From contig NW_025766973.1 of NCBI RefSeq assembly GCF_003918875.1, forward strand, positions 806,001 through 870,000: a stretch of 64,000 nt of DNA, given 5' to 3'. Under the pieces are notes generated by a model that was not told the origin of the DNA, did not search any database, and saw only the letters and a list, made by a program, of their open reading frames with translations. Within the stretch, counting starts at the first letter, position 1. Each line of letters starts with the position of its first letter. Made by a program: the position numbers and the translations under genes. Origin of the DNA: Haliotis rubra. Taxonomy: Eukaryota. Positions 50,701-59,574 of this stretch are shown here, piece after piece.

Positions 50701-53700
50701 ATCTGAGATTTATCCAGGATTCAAAACCATGTGCCCTTGGCATGTGGGGAAAAACAGTTCATCGGCTAAGTCTTGTCAGTGAAATACACGTCACGAGTCC
50801 AAAGCATGGTAGTTGTATTTCTTAGTTCACTGACATTTGTCTGGGGTCGAATATCAGCCTCGGAGACGATCCAGATAATTCCTGATGATACATCTTATGG
50901 TAGAAGAAACCTTTTTGTTCAGGTAGAAAAATAAAGAAATAAACTCTTGTTGGGCAATATCTGTTTTTAAATCACATTTGCCATATATTTTTTTCCATGG
51001 GATTTTATCAGTATAACATCCAGAATTGTGATTATTTTCAGTGTTACATAAATATAATGAACCATTCTGTTCTGTCATGATAGACGGATAAACATGTTCA
51101 CTGATTCAGTAAACAAGATGAACATGTTCACTGATTCAGTGAAAAAGCTGAACATGTTCACTGATTCAGTCAGCAAGCTGAACATGGTCCCTGATTCATA
51201 TAAACGAGATGCACAAGTTCACTGATTCAGTAAACAAGACTGAAATATTCACTGAATCAGTAAATGAGACTGAAATATTTATTGATTCAATAAAATAAAT
51301 TGAAATATTCTCTGATTCAGTGAACAAGATGGACATTTCCATCTTGTCAATGGTTCTCTAATTGGATTCTGGTGAGAACAATTATTCTGCCAAGTATTGA
51401 AAAGACAAACTTAATTCAGTCTTTTGATTTACCACCTAAAGAAACCAAAGCTGTCATTCCAAAATCCAACGTTAAATCAAATGCTTGCTTCCAAAAACTT
51501 GAACTTTCTCATTTGAAAAAGTGAATGTTCTCTTTGCCTTTTGGCTTCTCTGCATAGCAGGACTTGGTTACTGATTGAGCTTCCTTGGCTGCAGAGATCA
51601 TGCACAAAACCTCAATACCCACTGACTGAAGAACTACAATTCAGTCACTGATAAGTCTTGCCTATTAAGCAAAGGCACAGTATTATTGATCTTTGTTGAA
51701 GAAATATTACAGAGTATTTTGAAACCGTGGGTCTGTGTTTTATCGAGAATCGAAGCTTTTTAGTGTCTCAAAAGTGGTGAATAAATCACTGGAGAAGCTC
51801 ATCAGGCTGTTAGCTACTCAAGGAAGGGAGCCCTGCATCTCCTGCATCTTCAGGAAAAACTCCAGATGCAGTGGTTGCTGTAGGCACGGGATCGATGGTC
51901 ATGATGTTAATCACTGGATTGTCTGTCTAGACTAGATTATTAACATACCCCCATTATATAGCTGGAAAATTGCGGAGTGCAGTGTCAATCAACAAACAGG
52001 ATTGTTATTTTATCACTTGAAAAATAAAAACATTGATTCTTTTCCAATATGGACAAATATAGTTCGCTGTAAGTTTACAATAAAGTGAATTGCATAATTG
52101 AGCTGACTTATCTGGATTCAATTTAAAACAAATGGTCATATATCAGGTATGATATAGCTTAATGCAGAAATTCATCTTTGTCAACGATGCACAAGAAGTT
52201 GGTGATAAATATGGACATAAACAAAGGCAAACACGGACATATTTGTGATGATACTACTGCTGCTGCTGCTGCTATTACTAGAGTACTACAGGGAGCGGTG
52301 AGGTAGCCTAGTGGTTAAAGCGTTCGCCCAGCACACCAAAGATCAGGGTTCGATTCCCCACATGGGTACAATGTGTAAAGCCCATTTCTGGTGTCCCCTG
52401 CCGCGATATTGCTGAAATATTGGTAAAAGGGGCGTAAAACTAGACTCACTCACTAGTACTACAACTACAACTAATACTACTACTACAACAGACCCATGAA
52501 GGGGTTAGAATTGATCTTCAGTAATGGGATCGAGTGATCAGGCTCGCTGACATGTCATCGTATCCCATTTGCGTAGATCGATGTTCATGCTGTTGATCAC
52601 TGCATTGTCTTGTCCAGACTCGATTACTTACAGACCGCCACCATATAGCTGGAATATTGCTGAGTGCAGCGTAAAACTAAACTCACTCACTACTACTACT
52701 GCCACTACCACCACCACCATCGCCACTACTACTGTCACTACCACTACTACTACACAGAGATGATCAGTACAGCCCCCTAGAGGTCCACTATCTGGGGCCT
52801 CTACACAAATGACCACCACCAGTCAGGCTGTGCCACAAGCCAGGCAATTATACAGGGAGAACAGTAGACAATGGCATGATCAAAGTGTGTCACTCTCAGA
52901 AGATGACCACTTCAAGGGAAGAAAAACACCCGGCCTTAAAGGAGCAAGGACCAGTTTCTAAGTATTTTTCATGATCTTATCCAAGTGTTCTAGGAAAAAG
53001 AAACTTCAAAATATGACACTGATTTTACACATGTGTCCTGTGCAAAGATCTGATCTGATTTGACTGACAGATACAATATCAACATTGTTTGAAAAAGTCA
53101 AAGAGTCACTGTCAGAGTCATAAAGTTAAAATCAATCTACAAATTGTTTATTCAGAAGTAATATCACACATATGTACAGGTTACACATGGAGAATTTTAA
53201 TGGTCTTTCTTTGNNNNNNNNNNNNNNNNNNNNNNNNNNNNNNNNNNNNNNNNNNNNNNNNNNNNNNNNNNNNNNNNNNNNNNNNNNNNNNNNNNNNNNN
53301 NNNNNNNNNNNNNNNNNNNNNNNNNNNNNNNNNNNNNNNNNNGTATAATTTGTAGAGCGTCTGTCTCCAGATAGCAATACATGCTCACAGGTGCACTGGA
53401 AAGAAGGTCTCTGTGATGTGGTTCAACCACAGTCTTAGCTGAAGAAGTGTGTCTTTAGCTAAGTTATTCTTAAATACATCAGAGACAATCTGGAAGATCG
53501 TTCCACAGTACGGCTTGATTCCCCAAAGGTGTTAGTGCATGATTTTTGTATGGAAGACAGATGCTGTTGACCTAATCTTAGAGATCATGGCCACGTTTCA
53601 CAAAGGGATTGAAGCGCTAAGGTGATCGTAACTCCCATACTTCAACATAGACTTACGACTGTCGTAGCGCTATGATCGCTTTGTGGAATGGGGCCCTGGA

Positions 53701-56700
53701 TGGAATGTGTTCATATAGGGCTAACTGAGTGCTAGTCAAGTCTTTTCCTTGAATAAAAGAGTCAAAATCTTGAACTGGATTCTGTATTTGAGTGGCAGCC
53801 AGCAAGGCAGAGAGGTGAAGTAGTCAGGTTTCCTTGTACGACTGATTATACTGGCAGCCATGTTCTGGACTCTTTCAAGTCTGGTGATCAGAGAATGATG
53901 AAGTCCATGTAAGAGGGCATGACAGTGACTAGTCTGAGACAGTCTCTTGACCGGACAAGTGTGACTGTCCATTAGTCCTTGTCCGCGACTGCCTCCATAT
54001 TTGACAAATGTACAGAGGCACGACAGCTTAACATGATCTAAACAACATGAGCAGTGGTGTAGCCTGGTGGTCCAAGTCCCACATGGATACAATTGTGTCC
54101 TCCACTGTGATATTGCTGAAATGTTACTGAAGTGGCGTAAAACCATACTCACTCACTCTTAAGTACACTAACATATGGTCTGCTCTTTAAGTCATTACCA
54201 CGGGACTTACAACCTCGAAGCTGTTGGTTATTGCAGATGGAACTTGACTCTTGCTAATAAAACTTTAGAATATATGGAACACGCCAGCTTCAACCTGATC
54301 TGTTGACTAGGTGAATACTGACTGACTGACTGACTGACTGAGTTTAGTTTTACGCCGCTTTTAGCAATATTCCAGCAATATCAAGGCGGGGGACACCAGA
54401 AATGAGCTTCACACATTGTGCCCATGTGGGGAATCGAACCCGGGTCTTCAGCGTGACGAGCCAACGCTTTAACCACTAGGCTACCCCGCCGTCTCGACTA
54501 GGTGAATAAATAACACTAATAATAGATCTTATACTTCTTATGGAGTGTCAACTTTCATCTTGAGCAATCAATATTCTAAATCTATTGTTGAATGGCAACA
54601 GGTGCCTAATATCTGAAAGTTTCAGAATACGTTCCATGCAATCCGCTGTTTGCTATAAGAGGCGAACACAGTGAACAAGGTGGCCAGGTTACTCGGTTGA
54701 ATGTCACCGATGGTGTTGATCACTGCTTGTGTTTGTCTACAAGCTGCCATGACACAACAGGAATACTGTATGATGTGTTAACTTGCTCATTTGATTGCCT
54801 GGTCCAACTTTGAATAAATACAGTCCAAATATGAAACAGCTGAATTTGGTTGATCACAATATTAAAAACATTCGCGCAAGGGAAACATCACTGGTTTGAT
54901 GGCCCACCTTTCATCATGTTCAGGCCACAGATGATACAGCTGCAAGATTACTGACCAAGACATAAATAACATTCACACACTCATGCTTTCAATCACTGGT
55001 TTGATGGTCCACCTTTCATCATGTTCAGGCCACAGATGATACAGCTGCAAGATTATCGACCGAGACATAAATAACATTCACACACTCATGCTTTCAATCA
55101 CTGGTTTGATGGCTCACCTTTCATCATGTTCAGGCCACAGATGATACAGCTGCAAGATTATCGACCGAGACATAAATAACATTCACACACTCATGCTTTC
55201 AATCACTGGTTTGATGGTCCACCTTTCATCATGTTTAGGCCACAGATGATACAGCTGCAAGATTATCGACCGAGACATAAATAACATTCACACACTCATG
55301 CTTTCAATCACTGGTTTGATGGTCCACCTTTCACCATGTTCAGGCCACAGATGATACAGCTGCCAGCATTGACCGAGACATAAATAACATTTACACACTC
55401 ATGCTTTCAATCACTGGTTTGATGGTCCATCTTTCATCATATTCAGGCCACAGATGATACAGCTGCAAGATTATCGACCGAGACATAAATAACATTCACA
55501 CACTCATGCTTTCAATCATTGGTTTGATGGTCCACCTTTCATCATATTCAGGCCACAGATGATACAGCTGCAAGATTATCGACCGAGACATAAATAACAT
55601 TCACACACTCATGCTTTCAATCACTGGTTTGATGGTCCACCTTTCATCATGTTCAGGCCACAGATGATACAGCTGCAAGATTATCGACCGAGACATAAAT
55701 AACATTCACACACTCATGCTTTCAATCACTGGTTTGATGGCTCACCTTTCATCATGTTCAGGCCACAGATGATACAGCTGCAAGATTATCAACCGAGACA
55801 TAAATAACATTCACACACTCATGCTTTCAATCACTGGTTTGATGGTCCACCTTTCATCATGTTCAGGCCACAGATGATACAGCTGCAAGATTACTGACCG
55901 AGACATAAATAACATTCACACACTCATGCTTTCAATCGCTGGTTTGATGGTCCACCTTTCATCATGTTCAGGCCACAGATGATACAGCTGCAAGATTACT
56001 GACCGAGACATAAATAACATTCACACACTCATGCTTTCAATCACTGGTTTGATGGTCCACCTTTCATCATGTTCAGGCCACAGATGATACAGCTGCAAGA
56101 TTATCGACCGAGACATAAATAACATTCACACACTCATGCTTTCAATCACTGGTTTGATGGTCCACCTTTCATCATGTTCAGGCCACAGATGATACAGCTG
56201 CAAGATTACTGACCGAGACATAAATAACATTCACACACTTATGCTTTCAATCACGGGTTTGCCTGGTCCAGATTGATGGAGTCATCATGGAGTTCAGCAT
56301 CAGTCACACACCCATCAGAAGGGTTACATTTCAACTTGTGAATAACAACACAATTCCATTGTTGCCCCTTTAACAACAGCCACCAATCCCAGACCCGGAT
56401 AGGTATTCAAGCAAACATGTCTCGGACAAATCAGACCTCCCTAATGTAACAGTCGAAGCAGTCGTTTCAGACAATATCTACAAAATCAATGCATCCGTGG
56501 CAGATTCTGTTAAATCTTTAATTGCTTTTTCCTGAAGGCTTGGTGTGGATCAAAGGAAACTTCCTGTTCAGAGAGTTCAGTTCCAAATCTTATTTAGACG
56601 GAATATTAAAGCATGCTAATGTCAATCAATCAAAAAGTTCTAATTGTGACTTCTAATTAGTCACACCAGAAGAAGGTACTTCCATCACATGCAGAACCAG

Positions 56701-58332
56701 AAACGTCCTTCTCTCTCCCTTTAATCTCAATGATGGCTCTCTAATAACACATGATCTTCAAAGTTTATCACTTAAAATCTCAACCTTAAAGAAACGTATC
56801 ATAATCTCAATGCCATGGCTCTCAAATAACATGTGATCTTCAAAGTTTATCACTTAAACTCTTAACCTTAAAGGTATGTATCATCTACCCAAAGTCCCCA
56901 CTTTATTCCAAATTTGCCAGGGAGTTGAACTCACAGTGCAACCTTGACCTTTCACATACTGTCACAAAATGTCATACCATGTCACATGACACTGACTCAA
57001 GTAACCTCGAACCAAATGTAAGCCAAAGATTTATAACCAGATTTGATTTTCACACAAAATGGACAGGGAGTAGAACAAACAATTTAATAAAGTCACCTCA
57101 AGATGACCTTCATTGGATTCCACTTGCAGCAAGCTGTCAGATATCAGACAAACACATTTATACATAAACATGACTTGTTTTAATGTGTGTTCATGATGTG
57201 TTCTTAAGTATTTTGCGGGGCGGTGGGGTAGCCTAGTGGTTAAAGCGTTGGCTCGTCACGCCGAAGACCCGGGTTCGAATCCCCACATGGGCACAATGTG
57301 TGAAGCCCATTTCTGGTGTCCCCTGCCGTGATGTTGCTGGAATATTGCTAAAAGCGGCGTAAAACCAAACTCAGTCAGTCTTAAGTATTTTGAGTCTGAA
57401 ATGCTAATTAATAATTTTGTGCATAAAAAAATTATATACCCATGGAAATAAATAAGGGAACATATGAAAGTACAAGTGTTCCTTTATTGTTTTGAAGGTT
57501 TCTTCACAAGGTATGTATTGCACAGTGGGTGAAATTCTGGAAATGAAAAAAGGAACATAGGTATGCTCATGTGTTCCCTTATTTGTTTCCATGAGTATAT
57601 AATAATTTTCAATCATTGTCCTTTGCATCCTCTTTCTCATGTGCTCAAACAGCTGGGTCACTGAAGACATGACATGATAAATCAATAACTTCATTTAAGA
57701 CAAGGGGCGGTGGGGTAGCCTAGTGGTTAAAGCGTTGGCTCGTCACACTGAAGACCCGGGTTCGAATCCCCACATGGGTACAATGTGTGAAGCCCATTTC
57801 TGGTGTCCCCCGCCGTGATGTTGCTGGAATATTACTAAAAGCGGTGTAAAACCAAACTCAGTCAGTCAGTCATTTAAGACAACCACTCTCATGACAATCT
57901 GTGGAATGCGGAAATACAAATGAAGTTTTTCTGATACAACTAAAACACAGTGAAAGGTTTTGTCAAATGGACGTCAAAGGCCTTTTGGAATCTACAGTCA
58001 AACAAACCATTTTGTCAAGGTTGAAGGGACCTATAAAAATACTTTGAGCTATCTGAAGTTTGCTACAAATCTGATGATAAAGAACATATACAATAGGACC
58101 AAACATAAGTCTGACACAAGGTAGTGTGACGCTTCAAAGTAAAAAAACAAACCACAGATTTGTCATCAGGAGCTAATATTTTGAAGGAAGCCATACTATT
58201 TGGTCAAGTTACTCTTACGACATGACTTTCCTCCTTGGAACACCTACCCTGTTTCTGCCCTTGCGTTCCACACAGCAGCACAGCAGCTGCAGCCGACGGT
58301 CCCAACTCTCCTCATAAGCTCGGAACGCCTTC
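25255..58332 (-). CDS. DAGLA: Diacylglycerol lipase alpha (sn1-specific, 2-AG synthesis), 5'-incomplete in window
   Basis: Spliced peptides match the DAGL-alpha family: SWDRRL..CC, FRDLDVVPSDVIAGLVLLR, ALAAYGWP, DNCC.CN, ETPFYVALDH..VRGTLS, GHKGM, GHSLGAG (Ser), GKDVVPR (Asp), HPSD..PLFPPGKIIH, EVLISPTMINDH (His), plus the long alpha-type C-tail. Exons: 58248-58332, 47709-47843, 46125-46327, 45002-45134, 43549-43632, 41965-42123, 41695-41837, 39250-39318, 37606-37678, 36600-36789, (29403-29439 candidate), 27604-27736, 25255-26724. Confidence 0.93.
27030..27660 (-). repeat. 111-bp tandem repeat of DAGLA exon end plus donor
   Basis: Unit encodes ISPTMINDH.P.NVLEALEK|VSVRTWSYLS.KQLTI.; ~5.5 copies. 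Confidence 0.95.
27604..27736 (-). CDS. DAGLA: DAGLA exon with catalytic His
   Basis: PVCQSSEPVYQAVWAGNGDFDEVLISPTMINDHMPDNVLEALEK|GTATCT. Confidence 0.9.
28015..28184 (-). mobile_element. Family A SINE
   Basis: Full length; TSD AAATTACCAGA. Confidence 0.9.
28473..28743 (-). mobile_element. Family B retroposon, apparently full length
   Basis: GACCCGTGAAGGTCCCGGG start, (ACTC)n tail, TSD AACTTTGATCTGTGA. Confidence 0.85.
28780..29008. mobile_element. hAT-like MITE
   Basis: TIR AGTGTATGAAATAAG(G)CCC; 8-bp TSD ACTGTTGC. Confidence 0.65.
29403..29439 (-). CDS. DAGLA: Candidate 37-nt DAGLA microexon
   Basis: TTTGTTTTTCAG|...|GTAAGT; 3n+1 length reconciles the phase-1 donor at 36600 with the phase-2 acceptor at 27736; reads (G)KWLDIVPLVIC(M). 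Confidence 0.5.
29775..30780. repeat. TG-rich degenerate repeat with ~175-bp higher-order duplication
   Basis: Directly visible. Confidence 0.9.
31810..34800. repeat. 30-bp minisatellite (GCTGGGTGATACAGGCTAACATTTGACGTG) grading into a 60-bp dimer and degenerate copies
   Basis: Homogeneous 31810-33790, dimeric 33800-34240, degenerate to ~34800. Confidence 0.95.
34917..35086 (-). mobile_element. Family A SINE, young
   Basis: Full length; TSD CTCAGACCATGA. Confidence 0.92.
36600..36789 (-). CDS. DAGLA: DAGLA exon (regulatory loop, PLFPPG signature)
   Basis: WKIISKGVFCCCG...AHPSDSQIGLSAHVPLFPPGKIIHIVRSHPKSQ; ends in phase 1. Confidence 0.92.
36822..37035 (+). mobile_element. Family B retroposon
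   Basis: GTCGTAAGAGGCGACTAACGGG core and tail. Confidence 0.85.
37606..37678 (-). CDS. DAGLA: DAGLA exon
   Basis: IGLPQMELLRTDIINMIKKSIDPK. Confidence 0.9.
37740..37905 (+). mobile_element. Family A SINE
   Basis: A/B boxes, body, tail. Confidence 0.9.
39250..39318 (-). CDS. DAGLA: DAGLA exon with catalytic Asp
   Basis: ISCVEETKSYITSVVVGKDVVP(R). Confidence 0.92.
39677..39830 (-). mobile_element. Family B retroposon, 5'-truncated
   Basis: Matches 28473-28630. Confidence 0.8.
40470..41440. repeat. 24/30-bp minisatellite (GCTGTG[GCTGTG]GCTAGTCAACCTGATATT)
   Basis: Directly visible. Confidence 0.95.
41695..41837 (-). CDS. DAGLA: DAGLA exon with GxSxG nucleophile
   Basis: ELSSKKYDLTLVGHSLGAGTAAILAILLQPEFPTLHCYAFSPPGGLI. 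Confidence 0.95.
41965..42123 (-). CDS. DAGLA: DAGLA exon
   Basis: DVLTDLKAEAETLPLTPPREDWQGHKGMVQAAVYIKKRLDEEGIIIKAMNLAE. Confidence 0.92.
42250..42816. mobile_element. TA-flanked MITE
   Basis: TIR core GTCCGGTAATTC(T/C)GCGCA at both ends; TA at 42248-49 and 42817-18. Confidence 0.75.
42820..43580 (-). repeat. ~36-bp tandem repeat of DAGLA exon end plus donor
   Basis: GTGTGAGGGGCACATTGTCATTACAG|GTAGGTTGTC, ~20 copies. Confidence 0.95.
43549..43632 (-). CDS. DAGLA: DAGLA exon
   Basis: IGETPFYVALDHAEKTVVVCVRGTLSLQ. Confidence 0.92.
45002..45134 (-). CDS. DAGLA: DAGLA exon (Cys-rich)
   Basis: CCCCNKQRNAIVIDDNCCLCNFSALRRISGLQEVDVVYATYHVD. Confidence 0.92.
45872..46025 (+). mobile_element. Family A SINE
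   Basis: A/B boxes, body, tail. Confidence 0.85.
46125..46327 (-). CDS. DAGLA: DAGLA exon
   Basis: GNNDVYQYLSGVPITPHTQFL...YMRHALAAYGWPATMMINPGTWLCRLMPFL. Confidence 0.92.
46273..46780 (-). repeat. ~90-108-bp tandem repeat of DAGLA acceptor plus exon start
   Basis: TCTGTCCCCAG|GGTAACAATGA..TACCAGTACCTG, five copies including the real one. Confidence 0.92.
47165..47320 (+). mobile_element. Family A SINE
   Basis: A/B boxes, body, tail. Confidence 0.85.
47709..47843 (-). CDS. DAGLA: DAGLA exon
   Basis: NSIAEIAQLFTEFFRDLDVVPSDVIAGLVLLRQFQKQRMANIVWQ. Confidence 0.92.
48175..49100. mobile_element. Cluster of 4-5 family A SINE copies/fragments around assembly gaps
   Basis: Copies at ~48175-48240, 48345-48440, 48460-48622 (-), 48838-48935 (+), 48943-49100 (-); N runs 48039-48174 and 48668-48836. 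Confidence 0.8.
51090..51335. repeat. 30-bp tandem repeat (AACATGTTCACTGATTCAGTAAACAAGATG), ~8 copies
   Basis: Directly visible. Confidence 0.9.
52291..52752 (+). mobile_element. Family A SINE (52291-52452), family B element (52490-52690) and CTA/CCA microsatellite
   Basis: Match to other copies in the window. Confidence 0.85.
53214..53342. other. Assembly gap (N run)
   Basis: Ns. Confidence 1.
53745..53940 (-). mobile_element. L2/CR1-group LINE ORF2 fragment
   Basis: CHALLHGLHHSLITRLERVQNMAASIISRTRKPDYFT..CWLPLKYRIQFKILTLLFK matches the post-RT motif YCNSLLYGLP..LQRVQNAAAR..HWLPV..RI.FKI. Confidence 0.8.
54318..54495 (-). mobile_element. Family A SINE, young
   Basis: Full length; TSD GACTAGGTGAATA. 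Confidence 0.92.
54886..56272 (+). repeat. 105-bp tandem repeat, ~13 copies
   Basis: Period 105 (e.g. 54991 to 55096); near-identical units. Confidence 0.95.
57215..57378 (+). mobile_element. Family A SINE, young
   Basis: TSD TCTTAAGTATTTTG. Confidence 0.92.
57704..57869 (+). mobile_element. Family A SINE, young
   Basis: TSD TCATTTAAGACAA. Confidence 0.92.
58248..58332 (-). CDS. DAGLA: DAGLA exon (most 5' found in window)
   Basis: KAFRAYEESWDRRLQLLCCCVERKGRNR; TTTACAG| ... |GTAGGT. Confidence 0.85.
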
Positions 58333-59574
58333 CTGTAAACACCCACAACACATATCAACACTCGCATATCATAGCAGTGCATTAGTGGCATCCAAATGAC
58401 AATTTAAATGTCAATATATATGACATATCATCATTAAAAATCTTTGTGCAATGTCTTCATTCAATTAAAAGCAGCACTTAATAAAACTTATCATTTTTGG
58501 TTTAATTTAAAGTAATTCAAAAATAGATCCAATTATTTTGATGTATATCTACATTACTATTCATGGTTGTTCCTTATGACATGAAACTAAAATTACTGGT
58601 TTAACTATCATCTGGGATAATGTGTCTCCTTCAATTTCAAAATACCATCATAAATGGCTACCATTATATATTTCATAATATTACATTCTATATTTGGTAG
58701 CAAAATTTCAGGTTAAATTTAATCCTGCAGAGAACACACATGGACATATAAACTTCAGTACATATCCGAACTTGTTAGCGCTCATTATTATACTCCTTTT
58801 CTTAGAGAATGATTGTACAAATTGATTTCCAAGCCAAATCGATGACTCAATAACTAAAGCCAAATATTTACATTGAATTTCATGATCAGGACCCCGTTCC
58901 TCAAAGCGATCGTAGAGCTACGACAGTCGTAAGTCTGTGTTAAAGTATGGGAGTTACGATCATAATAGCGCTACGATCGCTTTCAGGAACAGGGCCCAGA
59001 ACTGTAACAACAGGAATATGAGGGAATATCCAAATATGACTCAAATACCATGCTGCAAAATGAGTGTTTCCAAAAGAACTAAATGGTACGGAAGTTACAC
59101 AGCACGACAGTAATTTATCACTTGCTGACAGGATGTATTGAACAGTGTTACAATAATAAGGTCATGATGGTACTTAATTACACAGAATAAACATTACAGT
59201 GTTTATATGTTAAAAAAGTGCAGAAAATGTTAAACATGTAACATATACCATAGATTTTTTCTAATATTCATTAGATGCATGTTATCTTCATCACACATCT
59301 TTAACTGTCTTCCAGACTCTGAGTACATGATCTTAGCACTTAGATCTGTCGGATGCCAATATTAAGCTCAAGCAGTTACAACTGTCTTAGCATTAAGATG
59401 GCTTGAGTGAATTAGGATCAGGATATGGCATTTCTGAACCAAGCTTCAGGTCATGATGGCCATGAAGAAAGGAGAATTGAGTTCAGCTCCAGAGCCAAAG
59501 ATTAGGAGAAAGAACTAAGTGGAAGAGGTGGAAGTCTCAGGTGTCCAAATATTATCAGATATCTTTTAGGTGGT

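Noticed and set aside
48039-53342. DAGLA exons hidden in the N gaps
   Set aside because: Exons 58248-58332 and 47709-47843 join in phase and are contiguous relative to known DAGL-alpha. The gaps are SINE-sized, and two of the three lie among SINE copies.
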